41,843 bases of DNA from contig CABMCB010000069.1 of the NCBI GenBank assembly GCA_902384455.1, positions 1 through 41,843 on the forward strand, in the 5' to 3' direction. The notes beneath the pieces were generated by a model, which worked only from the letters and a program-made list of their open reading frames with translations, was not told where the DNA came from and made no database searches. Below, piece after piece: positions 25,309-35,404 of this stretch (position 1 is its first letter; the number at the start of each line of letters is the position of its first letter). Origin of the DNA: an uncultured archaeon. GTDB lineage: Archaea; Altiarchaeota; Altiarchaeia; IMC4; SCGC-AAA252-I15. A program made the position numbers and the translations under genes.

Positions 25309-28095
25309 ATGCCCAGACGGAATCCGAGTCTATACGGTGACGCTATAGAAAAGTTCTTGCGCGGGCACGGCGGGTCTGCTACCAACGAAGCGGTCTATAG
25401 GGCGGTGGCGAAAGAACTCAATAAATCAGACAACAACAATTTCCGCGCCACGGTTAGGAATGTCCTACAAAAAGACGGACGGTTCTTTTCGACGCAGAAG
25501 GGTATCTGGAAACTAAAAGACTATAAACCCAGCAAACCGGTGCCAGTGCCGTCGACGCCGACGGGCACATCGAAGATGCCTCTTGATAATATATTACGAG
25601 GAGATATAATTAAAATCGGACCCTACGCGGGAGACGCATATCGATTCGGAGCAGTTCACAGAATCGGTTCCTGGTATGGTGGTAAGAACGCCGATAAGTA
25701 CGCGTCGATAATATGGGCAATCTGGGAGAACAGTATGGATGACGCGAGTAACGCATACATATTATCTACCATTCAAGAACTGAAACCTACGAGAGAGGGC
25801 GGAAAGTTGACCAGCGAAGATTATAACAATTTTCAAGTGGTCAATAAGGTGGGATGGGTCACGCCTAAATATACGACACCCCCACCCGCAGAACCGAAAC
25901 CGGCAGAACCGGCCCCACCACCGACGCCCACACCGGCGGCCCCGCCAACGACTCCACCGCCGCCGACCCCGCCGCAGGGAAGAGATGTCGATATCTACGC
26001 TTCGTGTTATAAGGGTCGTCAGACACGAATCAGAGCGCCGTTACCAGACTATTTCGTGAGTCGAAACCAGACATATAATGAACACTGGTCCACAGACGAA
26101 GATGTTCATATTCTAAAAATTACAATATTCGACGAGACGCAACAGGTCTTTGCTCTTATTCAAAACAAGAACGACGAGATGTGGACCATAGGTATCGACT
26201 TGCTCGATTGTAGCAAGACGCCAGAGCCACCGGCGGAACCGCCCGCGGAGCCGCCGAAGCCGGTAGAACCGCCAAAGCCAGTAGAGCCAGACGAAGTCGT
26301 GGACTACGTCACAAAATCTACACAGCAGGACCCTAAAACAGCAGAAGAAATTGGCGCGATAATAAGCGGTCTGAACAAAAACCACGGCGGAGATATATTT
26401 GAATATATACGCAGACTGATGAACTCTGTCCGACACAGGTTCATGTTTCCACAGAAGACCGACTCGGACGTTTTCTTCTCTGCGTGGTTTATGCGCGACG
26501 GTTCATTGGTGCTCAAAGGTGCTCCCGGAACTGGTAAAACCGTTCTACTCACGCTCACGGCGCTGTCGTTGTCCGGTGCGGACTGGAAGACGGCGGGAAT
26601 CAAGAAACTAAAGCACTGTCTTGAATATCTCGGGGCTAACGACTATTACGGGGTCGCACAACACAACGCCGACAAGGAACCAGAAGACGTGTTCTTTTAC
26701 ACAAACATCGCCATAAACAAAAAGAGCGCACCCGACAAACTCGGCGCGGACGGAAAATTCTACGACGAGGTCGCCAAGTACGATTTCGCCCCGGAGACAC
26801 GTCCTATAGTGAACTGTTTCATCAAACTGCACAACGAGGCAAACAGGGTCGGAGCCAACGTTGCAGATGCGCTTCTCGGCCTACTCAGCGAAAAACGGGT
26901 CGAATATAAGGGAAAGTTCTTCGAAAGTCCCAGAACAACTAAACACCCAGATTGGGACGAGTTCGAAGTCGGTCATCTGAACTTCTTCGACTACAACCCA
27001 CACCTCGATGTAGAGGGTCATGAAATGGACCGGGCACTGCTCGACAGAATTAAAGTTGGGATATTCCTGAGTGGTGGAAACGTCGGTGTCCGATATAAAA
27101 TACTGAGGGGTCGCAGGGACGCGACGAAAGGCATTCCGACCGCCTACTTTGAGGATATACTGAACGGTAGAGTAGACCCGCTTGACCCGAACACGGTCAT
27201 GTCTATATGGGAGATTACAGACCGGGTGTTCATAGACGATGAAGCACTGCGTTGGATATCGTATTTTACAAACCTACCAAATTTCACTATACGAAAATAT
27301 AAATCGTCTTCATATTACAGGGTTACATTCAAGAAAGATGACCTCGGGCAATTGAAACAGGAACTCGAACCGTTTGACACTTACATAGACACGACCATGA
27401 TATCATACCGTCCTGCGAAAGATAACATGGACTCCGCCGCCGGAAAACTGAAATCGGGCGTGAATGTGCTCGATAAGTATTCGGCTATAGATTCTTTGAA
27501 CCGGCCTCTTGGTAGCAGGTCGGAAGAATCGTTGATGGACCTCGTCAAGGCGGTCGTGTTCTACAATTATTGCATGGCACCCCCGGAAGAGCGAAAGAAA
27601 ATGCGTCTCGAGTTCAGGGTCGACGACCCGTCGCTCCCAGACGGTGAACGGGCACAGAAGAGACTCGCCAAGATAGAACAAATCCTCGACTTACTCCCAT
27701 ATGTCCTCGACCACCGTGTCAATTTGGGTGTTGAAAAAGACATACAACAGAATTTCTTAAACTTCGGTCATTTCATATCGTTCTATTTCAAGCCGGTCAT
27801 CTTCAAGGACCCGGAGATGCAACCAATCTGGTTGAAGGCGATGCAAGTGATGGGCGAACTGACATATATAGACCAGAAAGACGATAAGAAAGTCGGCGCC
27901 TATCTGAAGAAATACAAAGATACCAAAACGAAGAGGCCGTCGGTTAGGATATCCGATGCTCGCAAGGTCGAGTTCATCGAGCGCATGGTCGAGAAAATGG
28001 GCAACACCAAAACCGCGGACGAGGTTCTGACCATGTTCAAGGGGGATATATTCCTTAACCAATTTTATCTCATGTCAGGAGCAACGGATGATTAG
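25309..28095 (+). CDS. MoxR-type AAA+ ATPase with N-terminal winged HTH, SH3-like domain and Pro-rich linkers
   Basis: GAPGTGKT; LHNEANR..ADALLGLLSE; NP....G.EMDRALLDR; GSRS; VLDHRV. Start 25309 after a GGAGGGG RBS. Confidence 0.88.
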   Translation: MPRRNPSLYGDAIEKFLRGHGGSATNEAVYRAVAKELNKSDNNNFRATVRNVLQKDGRFFSTQKGIWKLKDYKPSKPVPVPSTPTGTSKMPLDNILRGDIIKIGPYAGDAYRFGAVHRIGSWYGGKNADKYASIIWAIWENSMDDASNAYILSTIQELKPTREGGKLTSEDYNNFQVVNKVGWVTPKYTTPPPAEPKPAEPAPPPTPTPAAPPTTPPPPTPPQGRDVDIYASCYKGRQTRIRAPLPDYFVSRNQTYNEHWSTDEDVHILKITIFDETQQVFALIQNKNDEMWTIGIDLLDCSKTPEPPAEPPAEPPKPVEPPKPVEPDEVVDYVTKSTQQDPKTAEEIGAIISGLNKNHGGDIFEYIRRLMNSVRHRFMFPQKTDSDVFFSAWFMRDGSLVLKGAPGTGKTVLLTLTALSLSGADWKTAGIKKLKHCLEYLGANDYYGVAQHNADKEPEDVFFYTNIAINKKSAPDKLGADGKFYDEVAKYDFAPETRPIVNCFIKLHNEANRVGANVADALLGLLSEKRVEYKGKFFESPRTTKHPDWDEFEVGHLNFFDYNPHLDVEGHEMDRALLDRIKVGIFLSGGNVGVRYKILRGRRDATKGIPTAYFEDILNGRVDPLDPNTVMSIWEITDRVFIDDEALRWISYFTNLPNFTIRKYKSSSYYRVTFKKDDLGQLKQELEPFDTYIDTTMISYRPAKDNMDSAAGKLKSGVNVLDKYSAIDSLNRPLGSRSEESLMDLVKAVVFYNYCMAPPEERKKMRLEFRVDDPSLPDGERAQKRLAKIEQILDLLPYVLDHRVNLGVEKDIQQNFLNFGHFISFYFKPVIFKDPEMQPIWLKAMQVMGELTYIDQKDDKKVGAYLKKYKDTKTKRPSVRISDARKVEFIERMVEKMGNTKTADEVLTMFKGDIFLNQFYLMSGATDD

Positions 28096-28106
28096 GGGGT
28101 CTGACC

Positions 28107-28862
28107 GTGCCGATAACAGCAGAAGAGGCGCGGACGGCCTTTGGAAAAATCATGGCCGCGCATCCGGCTCCGATTAGGATGGTTCTGTTCAAGGACCAGC
28201 ATGAACATATAACAAGCACGGGAGAATCTGTGCCCGCGCCAGCGTACTACACCGCCGGTACGATATATGCGGTTCTGGACAATCTTACTACGGTCGACAT
28301 CATGACCTTCGTGCTCGCGCATGAAGTGGGACACCAATATTTCGACCCAGGAAATATAGTCGTCTCGTATATAGCGAGTTATTTGTATCTCAAAAAGAGC
28401 AACAAGTTGGACAATAGATTGGCATTTCGTCGGATGTCTGGAATACAGAACGGCTATTCCGACGCGGTGGTCAACTGCGTCACGATGTACGACACGGCGT
28501 ACGATAAACAGTTTGGTAAGGGCGCACTCGAGAAAGTCATGGTCGAGGCATATTCGTTGACGTCATCATATATAGACGGTGTAAAAATAGACCCGACAAA
28601 CGCCCTGCGTTTGAAATTCATCAACGCCTTCATGGCAATGTGGTATGTCAGAAACCATGAGCCGGAAGTATACCGAAGCGTCCGAGAAAAAGTCAACAAA
28701 GACCCAACGTTGGCGCGTATTGTAGAACTCGTGGAAAAACTGGCGGTAGAACGAGACCTTGCCGTTCGAGACGTCCAGGCGTATTACGACATCGCCGTTG
28801 AACTGTTCGAGAAGTTCGACCAGGTGGGCGTTATCGATTTTGGGGGGGTAGAAAAACTATGA
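28107..28862 (+). CDS. HExxH zinc metallopeptidase-like protein
   Basis: VLAHEVGH followed by N...DAVVN, the pattern of MoxR/vWA-associated peptidases. Confidence 0.78.
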   Translation: MPITAEEARTAFGKIMAAHPAPIRMVLFKDQHEHITSTGESVPAPAYYTAGTIYAVLDNLTTVDIMTFVLAHEVGHQYFDPGNIVVSYIASYLYLKKSNKLDNRLAFRRMSGIQNGYSDAVVNCVTMYDTAYDKQFGKGALEKVMVEAYSLTSSYIDGVKIDPTNALRLKFINAFMAMWYVRNHEPEVYRSVREKVNKDPTLARIVELVEKLAVERDLAVRDVQAYYDIAVELFEKFDQVGVIDFGGVEKL

Positions 28863-30496
28863 CTCTTCCGAATTTTGAAATATATCGTCCTGGTTCAAAA
28901 TGGAGCATCAGCGACCAAGAATGGGAGTGTATGATGCTTAAACTAATTACTATGTGGGACTCTTACGTTTACGAATATAATAGTTACATCGTATCAAAAG
29001 TTAAGGCGTCGGTTCTTAAAAATATGATTCCTCCGGTTCATTTGTCGAGAAGTAGTCCTGTAAAGACGGAGGGTCGTTGGGCACAAAAGGACGGTCTCGA
29101 CCCGGACGACAGGAGACCGAATTTTGTAAGGAGCCTGACGACATACGGCGACCTGTTTTTCGGGACGCCGATGGGCAAGCACAGAGAGTTCAGAGAAGGC
29201 AGGGGAAGAAAGTTCTCAAAGGCGGGGTCGTTCGTAATATTCTGGGACCTCGACCGAGATATGGACGGCGGGATGCACCCGAGATGTAAGATAAGCAAAC
29301 AATATTTTTACAATTCACTCGCGGCGGTTTACGCACTGACGGAAGAAGCAAAAGAACGCGGGGACCTGTTGACCTTTATAACCATGCCGGGAAGCATAGA
29401 CGGTATCGTACCCGCGCACGACACACCAGAAATGAGAAAGGCGCCGGTCATGCCGATGCTGTTATCGACACCGCCTCTTGACAGAGTCATGCAAATCAAG
29501 GTCAAAAAGGCGCTACAGAGACTACCGTTGAAACACGGACGTCGCGGACCGTCGTATAGAAAAGCCTTCAAGGATTTGAACAATGTGGGTCCGAATTTGG
29601 TGAAGACTTTCGACGAGAGTCGAGACATATTTGAATATGGTCCGAACTATTACGGAAGCGTAGACCCTATGGCGACCGACGGTCTAATCGAGGACGAATG
29701 GAAGGCCGATATACTTGCCAGACTGATAAATCCCATCAGCGAATCTGAAAGGTTTGGAAGGATTTCAAAATATTATTGGTGGATAAACACGGACAGATAC
29801 GATGAAATTCTCGACGAGATATTACACTTCAAATGGGAATATCACGATTCCGCGACATCATTCTGGGCGTGTGTGAGCACGTTGAGGAAACTCTTGCTCG
29901 AAATCAAGCCTGCGAGGCGAGGCGTGTTGATATTGGTTACGTCGCTGGCACATATGTGCTTTTTCTGGCCGGGATATCACTACTACGCTGACATTGCACG
30001 AGACTATGATATGTATATCGTCGATGTAGGCGATGTCAACTGGTCGCAGGTGTTTCGTAGAGAACCAACGTTACAGACCATGAACGGGCCGATGTTTAAT
30101 TATGTCCACGTCAACACTCTCGTGGACATAACGGTATCCCCCCAGGGGTTTAGAAAGTTCGAGAACCTTAGTATTATCGTGTCCAAGAAGTTTGACCCCA
30201 AATCGGAAGTAGAAGTTCATATCAACTTGAACGACGGAGCCAAAACCGCGTCGTATCACAGCGACAACTACCCGACGATAAGCGAACTCCAGGCCGCCGT
30301 ATCGAGAGACTTCCCCGAACTCGCCGTATCAAGGGACACGTCGCCCTCGTACAAAGTCTCGGACATGACTGCAGGCGACCACGTGATTACTTATCCCGAT
30401 GGAATTATATGCCTGTCCGGATATGACCTTGAGAACCTGACGTACAAAATGATGAAGATGATAGGAGGTCACATGAATGGCGTTACCGTCACCTGA
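28859..30496 (+). CDS. vWA-like protein with degenerate MIDAS
   Basis: PNFVRSL lead-in, FVIFWDLDRDM (for hhhhDxSxSM), VLILVTS; follows MoxR and the peptidase. Confidence 0.62.
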   Translation: MTLPNFEIYRPGSKWSISDQEWECMMLKLITMWDSYVYEYNSYIVSKVKASVLKNMIPPVHLSRSSPVKTEGRWAQKDGLDPDDRRPNFVRSLTTYGDLFFGTPMGKHREFREGRGRKFSKAGSFVIFWDLDRDMDGGMHPRCKISKQYFYNSLAAVYALTEEAKERGDLLTFITMPGSIDGIVPAHDTPEMRKAPVMPMLLSTPPLDRVMQIKVKKALQRLPLKHGRRGPSYRKAFKDLNNVGPNLVKTFDESRDIFEYGPNYYGSVDPMATDGLIEDEWKADILARLINPISESERFGRISKYYWWINTDRYDEILDEILHFKWEYHDSATSFWACVSTLRKLLLEIKPARRGVLILVTSLAHMCFFWPGYHYYADIARDYDMYIVDVGDVNWSQVFRREPTLQTMNGPMFNYVHVNTLVDITVSPQGFRKFENLSIIVSKKFDPKSEVEVHINLNDGAKTASYHSDNYPTISELQAAVSRDFPELAVSRDTSPSYKVSDMTAGDHVITYPDGIICLSGYDLENLTYKMMKMIGGHMNGVTVT

Positions 30497-32627
30497 TATG
30501 GATAGCAGGACACTCATATATTCGATAGGAAGTTGGTTCGAACGGGCGGCAATGCAGAACGGGTTTGAGGTGGAGTGGAATAGTTGGAAAGAGACGACAG
30601 CGGGCGGAGGGGATTACGGGGAAGTGAAATGGTTAATATACATGAGAATAAGGATTAGAGAGGGTGGTGTCGCAGGTGCCGGACAGAAATTCATGCGTAA
30701 GCATCAATTTAAATTACTTTCGGACTACGACGAACTGTTTTTCGTGTGTGTTCCTCCGGACCGTCTGAATCAGGAAGTCGTCGGAAATCCTACAGAACTG
30801 ATGACATACAATATCGAGGCGATGAACTCACACCATAGTATCATAATGTCACAAAAGACGGGTCTCACCATCCATCAATTTCCGGTTAACGACTTGAATT
30901 TGATATGCGTGATATTCGACCCGAACACACCCGCGGTCAAATCTATGGATGAATGGGTCACGCAACACCGTTCGGTTTTTCGGTGGGACCCGGCCCCTCC
31001 GAAAGAACCACAAAAACCAGAGGAACCTTCAAAGCCGGAAGAACCGAAGGAGCCGGAAGAGCCTAAAGAACCCGAAGAGCCTAAAGAACCGAAAGAACCT
31101 TCGGAGCCTGACGAATCGGAGGAACCCGAACCAGAAGAAGAGTCTGATGACGCCGAAGGAGAAGACGAAGGTGAAGGCGGAGAAGGCGAGGGCGAAGAGG
31201 GAGACCAGGACGAAGAAGATTCTGAAGAAGACGACGAGTCCGGAGAAGAAGAAAAAGAAGGCGACGGTGACAAAGAAGAAATAAAAGAGGAAGACGCCGA
31301 CAAAGAGGACGAGGCGGACTCGGACGGGGAAGAAGACGGAGCAGGAGACGAGGCGCCCGAACCAGACGAGGAAGGAGAAGACGAGGATGATGGTCGGTCC
31401 GAAGATGGGAAAGAGGACGACGAAGGTGACTCTGAACCGGACGACGACACCGAAGACGAGGAACCCGAGCCGGACAAAGGCGCACAAGATAAAGAAGAGG
31501 ACTCGGAGGACGGCGAAGGTGAGGACACCGACAAAGAACCCGAACCGGACGAAGACCGAGAAAGAGACTATACGGACACAGACGACGAAGAAGACGAAGA
31601 ACAGTCGGATGATGATAAACCAGACGACGAATCCGAACCATCGGAAGAAGAGATGCCCGACATCGAGTCTCAAGAATCGGAAGACGGCGAAGCGCCTTCG
31701 GAAGAACCCGAAGAAGAGGATGTTGAGCAATGGGACGAAGAGGACACCGGCGCTACAGGTACTCCGACGACCACACATCAAAAAGACACTAAACGCGGTC
31801 GCACGACTCCGACAGGAGACTTGACGTATAAAGACATCAAACCGGGAGACCTGGTGTTTGACGATTCGACTAAGAGATATGGTGTGGTCCAAGAAGTAGG
31901 ACCCGGAAAAGACGGACAGGGCGGAGAAACCTGGGTATGGGCCGCGTGGAGGACAAGCGCCGAAGAGGCCGTAGAAGCCAAAAAAGAAGCGCCGAGACCG
32001 CATTCGTCTCGAAGTGCCGTATATCAAATGGCGACGCCGGAGACCGATACCGATAACGAAAACCCTTCGGACGGAAAGGACGTCGATAAGGCCAAGACGG
32101 TCATCGAGAAGTTCACATGGATGCCCGCTAATACGGTCAGGACGGTCAAGATACCGGCGATATCGAAGGTCAATCCCAAGCACAAGAAGGTCGCCAACTG
32201 GAAGACCGCACTGTATCAGTCTGACAAAAAATTGGACAATCCACTCGGATTTACAAAGAATTATTATCACCCGTGGGAAGATGGAGTCCCGCGACAGGTC
32301 TACGAGGTCGACGGTCAATGGCTCGTAGCCTGCGGTCGTTGCATCGTCAAGCCAGAAGGAATCGACGACCTACCGAAGGACAAGCGCGGTATGGGACCCG
32401 TGACCTTCGCGGAAATGGCCGCCGTGCAGACGTGGGCAAGACTCGCATGGAATCTCGGCATGGACCGACCCTGCTCAAAGTGTGGTGGAACACTGCGGTT
32501 CATACCCGAAGTCGGATGGCGTTGCGACAAATGCGAAGGTCGGACATCGAGATACGTCCCGACACGCGGTATGCTCCTGTTCGATAAGGAGCGTAACATC
32601 ATCGTGGCCATCGCAAAGTTAAAATAG
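30477..32627 (+). CDS. Protein with a very long Asp/Glu-rich region, SH3-like domain and C-terminal Zn ribbon
   Basis: ~250-aa D/E-rich tract; CSKCGG...CDKC. Confidence 0.85.
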   Translation: MALPSPDMDSRTLIYSIGSWFERAAMQNGFEVEWNSWKETTAGGGDYGEVKWLIYMRIRIREGGVAGAGQKFMRKHQFKLLSDYDELFFVCVPPDRLNQEVVGNPTELMTYNIEAMNSHHSIIMSQKTGLTIHQFPVNDLNLICVIFDPNTPAVKSMDEWVTQHRSVFRWDPAPPKEPQKPEEPSKPEEPKEPEEPKEPEEPKEPKEPSEPDESEEPEPEEESDDAEGEDEGEGGEGEGEEGDQDEEDSEEDDESGEEEKEGDGDKEEIKEEDADKEDEADSDGEEDGAGDEAPEPDEEGEDEDDGRSEDGKEDDEGDSEPDDDTEDEEPEPDKGAQDKEEDSEDGEGEDTDKEPEPDEDRERDYTDTDDEEDEEQSDDDKPDDESEPSEEEMPDIESQESEDGEAPSEEPEEEDVEQWDEEDTGATGTPTTTHQKDTKRGRTTPTGDLTYKDIKPGDLVFDDSTKRYGVVQEVGPGKDGQGGETWVWAAWRTSAEEAVEAKKEAPRPHSSRSAVYQMATPETDTDNENPSDGKDVDKAKTVIEKFTWMPANTVRTVKIPAISKVNPKHKKVANWKTALYQSDKKLDNPLGFTKNYYHPWEDGVPRQVYEVDGQWLVACGRCIVKPEGIDDLPKDKRGMGPVTFAEMAAVQTWARLAWNLGMDRPCSKCGGTLRFIPEVGWRCDKCEGRTSRYVPTRGMLLFDKERNIIVAIAKLK
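31000..31135 (+). repeat. Coding repeat (EEPKEP-like units)
   Basis: KEPQKPEEPSKPEEPKEPEEPKEPEEPKEPKEPSEP. Confidence 0.8.
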
Positions 32628-32649
32628 GACCCCTGCACAATATACTATC

Positions 32650-33417
32650 ATGGCCGTTTCTGATGGACTGAAGGCCCTGGCGCTCCTGGCGGTAGGGACC
32701 GCTGTAGGTGTTGCTGTGCATTATGGTCTAACTCAAGGAATGGTCAGACATCCGACGATAGAAGCCGTTCCTAAAGGCGCGGTTATACACAAGAACTTCC
32801 CGCCCTGGGCGACGGGGCGACTCGCGGAAGAAATTTTGGGCGATGACATCAAGGCCGCTGTTTATCGCGGTAAGAACGACCCGGATGTGCGCTTGCTGGC
32901 CATCGATATAATCAGGAGTGCGCGGTTGGATGGTCGCCAATATGCGGATGTGGCCGCCGCTATACAGTCGTGGGTCAGGGATAATATTCTCTATGTGTCC
33001 GACCCGGTCAGGACCGAGATATTTCAAGAGGCCAGATACACTTTATTCGTCTCGAAGGCCGGAGATTGTGACGACCAGGCCATCGCCGTGGCCTCGTTGC
33101 TCATGGCAGTCGGGATACCCGCGAAGATAATCCTGCTCTCTATGGACCCGAACTTCAACACCAGGACATCGCGGTTCACTCACGTCTTCGCCGCCGCTGA
33201 AATAAGCGGTAAGGAGATATGGTGTGAGACCATAGTGCCTAATGCCGCTCTGGATTATCGTCACCAACATGGCGGACTCATGCGTATCGATATGTCCACA
33301 CCCGCGTTGCCTGCAAAGAAAGAAATAGAGGCGACTCCGGACGCTATGAATAATCCGTGCCTACCCGTTCCTGGTTTCCAGGGTCTCGCGGACCTTTGCG
33401 GCCTCGCGTGGGCTTAA
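32650..33417 (+). CDS. Transglutaminase-like cysteine enzyme with N-terminal membrane anchor
   Basis: WVRDNILYVSDP, GDCDD (catalytic Cys), HVFA, WCET; hydrophobic N-terminus. Confidence 0.88.
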   Translation: MAVSDGLKALALLAVGTAVGVAVHYGLTQGMVRHPTIEAVPKGAVIHKNFPPWATGRLAEEILGDDIKAAVYRGKNDPDVRLLAIDIIRSARLDGRQYADVAAAIQSWVRDNILYVSDPVRTEIFQEARYTLFVSKAGDCDDQAIAVASLLMAVGIPAKIILLSMDPNFNTRTSRFTHVFAAAEISGKEIWCETIVPNAALDYRHQHGGLMRIDMSTPALPAKKEIEATPDAMNNPCLPVPGFQGLADLCGLAWA

Positions 33418-34383
33418 TTTAAATTCGTCGTCTGTTGTGGACGTCGGGTCGCTATGCCTGTGCTCGGGCCAGACTCGAGGGTCACAGATGATTTTATATC
33501 CGGCCTTGATGATGTCGTAAGCGAAAAAAACATCGCAAGCGTTGTCCATGCCGGGAACGAATCTGAACGTGGTCTTATTGAGCGCCTTACCGTCGATTAA
33601 AATGCAACCGAGCGGACATCCAGCAACCTCGAAGGGAGCGCCCTTTTTCTGATAGAAGCGCATCTCACTCTGGTGATACGCCCGGTAGGTCACGGATGAG
33701 CCACCGGCCCGCCAGTGCGGGACCCGGACAGGTATCCATCCGGTCTTGCCGTCGAGAACCATCGGCATGAGTTGAAAATCGTCTTGGGGTTTCATCAGGT
33801 CGACCGATAATTCTTTCATTATCATCGTGTCTTGGTCCTTTGGTGTGCCCGCGTCGAGATAAAGGATGCCTTCACATTCAAGTTTATCGATGGCTTCTTT
33901 GGTAAGTTTTTTTGTGGTGTAGTCGGTCACGCCGGTCACGGCACCGACCGCTTTACCGAAGAGGCGTTTCCACCATTTGTTCTCGGACTCGTAAGTCTCG
34001 ACAAGTTTCTTGATGTAATCGGGCTTCTCGAGTATCACGTCGCTCTCGACGATGAGAAGCATGTCATGGTTCATGGCCTTCCAGTAGCCTCGGATATAAT
34101 TATAGATGGCCGTGAGACGAATAGTAGGACTGAACCGGTTATCGAAACCAAAGTGCGTCACGACAATGCCGGTCCCTTTCAGTCGGTCGGCAAGTTTGAC
34201 GTAATATTCGACGTCGAGCAGGTCGATTGTATTATCGGCAATAAGAAAGTCTACACTATATCCGTCTGGAATCTCCTGGTCGAGTATTCCATTTAGGAAA
34301 TCCTCCCAGCAATAATCTTTTAATTTATGCGTGGGCGTGGATACCAAGATGGACTTACTCTTCTTTCGACGGGAGGGCCACAT
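33361..34383 (-). CDS. GT-A fold (GT2-like) glycosyltransferase
   Basis: ILVSTPT, LLIVESDV, GCPLGCILI, DVFF....GYKIICDP...H; start placed at 34383. Confidence 0.8.
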   Translation of the reverse strand: MWPSRRKKSKSILVSTPTHKLKDYCWEDFLNGILDQEIPDGYSVDFLIADNTIDLLDVEYYVKLADRLKGTGIVVTHFGFDNRFSPTIRLTAIYNYIRGYWKAMNHDMLLIVESDVILEKPDYIKKLVETYESENKWWKRLFGKAVGAVTGVTDYTTKKLTKEAIDKLECEGILYLDAGTPKDQDTMIMKELSVDLMKPQDDFQLMPMVLDGKTGWIPVRVPHWRAGGSSVTYRAYHQSEMRFYQKKGAPFEVAGCPLGCILIDGKALNKTTFRFVPGMDNACDVFFAYDIIKAGYKIICDPRVWPEHRHSDPTSTTDDEFKLSPREAAKVRETLETRNG

Positions 34384-35020
34384 CTTTAGCACGACCTTCG
34401 GAGAACGAGACAACGGTCCCCATGCCCTTGACCACGGTGACGCTCTTGCTGACATTCCTGGTGGAGCCATTGTAGGACAGGCTTTCCCAGTCGAACGTCT
34501 TCTGGTTGCGCTCCACGTAATCGGACAGGTCTTTCAAGAAGCGCTCGACGTCAGCCACGACCTTGTTGAGAAACAGGTCGGCGGCTTCAGGGTTGTCGAA
34601 GTTCTGTAGAAAGACACTGGACAGGTAGTGAAGGCCGATGTCGTAGGTCATTTTGTCGGCGCTCGCGACAGGCGCGTCGGAGTTGATGGCGTTGCTGATG
34701 TCCGGGAGCGTGAAGTAATCCTCGGGCGTGGGTGTCCCGGCATACTCGTCGCCGTCACTGTCTCCGATAGGCTTGCCCTCGGAATCAGACCGGGTGGACT
34801 GGCGCTTGAACATGAACACCGGGTTGTAGGCGTTCGCAGGCATCGGAAGGTTGCTCTCGGAGATATCGACGAGCATGGCGAACAGTGGCTTCTCGAAGTT
34901 GGTCTTGCCTTTATATTTGTACTTAATCTTCTTCAAGACCTTTAATATAACGTAGAAATTGCCGTCACGCTTCGCTCGCTCCACGGTCTCTATCTTGAAA
35001 GTCTTAATCATCTTGCTCAT
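34355..35020 (-). CDS. Hypothetical protein (221 aa)
   Basis: Long ORF; start moved to MSKMIK. Confidence 0.75.
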   Translation of the reverse strand: MSKMIKTFKIETVERAKRDGNFYVILKVLKKIKYKYKGKTNFEKPLFAMLVDISESNLPMPANAYNPVFMFKRQSTRSDSEGKPIGDSDGDEYAGTPTPEDYFTLPDISNAINSDAPVASADKMTYDIGLHYLSSVFLQNFDNPEAADLFLNKVVADVERFLKDLSDYVERNQKTFDWESLSYNGSTRNVSKSVTVVKGMGTVVSFSEGRAKDVALPSKEE

Positions 35021-35072
35021 TTTTGAATCTCGCTCTTCCCCTCGGTTACCCATATGTTTTCCCCCTTATGGT

Positions 35073-35267
35073 TCAATCTTTCTTAACTATCAACGTACCC
35101 GGTCGTCCACGAGGTTTTTTAACACCGTGCGGTCGATATTTAATTCCTCCAAGTCGACACAAGAGTGCAGTCCACGATTCGACATCACCGGTGTCTGGGT
35201 CTGTCTTTCGCTGTTTATTAAGTTCTTTGACGGCGTATTCTGCTATCCGCAGAGTTGTGCTCGGCAT
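35073..35267 (-). CDS. Ribbon-helix-helix / antitoxin-like DNA-binding protein
   Basis: TTLRI...AVKEL...K....ESW..LL.RL pattern plus basic tail. Confidence 0.6.
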   Translation of the reverse strand: MPSTTLRIAEYAVKELNKQRKTDPDTGDVESWTALLCRLGGIKYRPHGVKKPRGRPGTLIVKKD

Positions 35268-35404
35268 GGATTCATCCCTGTGTCAGGATGTGAACTGATG
35301 GTCGCACCGTGTTCACCGGTAATATACAGATAGTGCACACCTACTATTTATAGATTTTCTAATAATTATGGTATCGCAATAAATCACGCTTGGTGGTGTC
35401 AAAC

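Noticed and set aside
25309-28095. Genome-packaging ATPase
   Set aside because: Motifs are MoxR-clade AAA+, not FtsK/HerA/A32 or terminase
30875-32318. Long antisense ORFs (Ser-rich 219 aa, Phe-rich 429 aa)
   Set aside because: Shadows of the GAA/GAC-rich acidic coding strand
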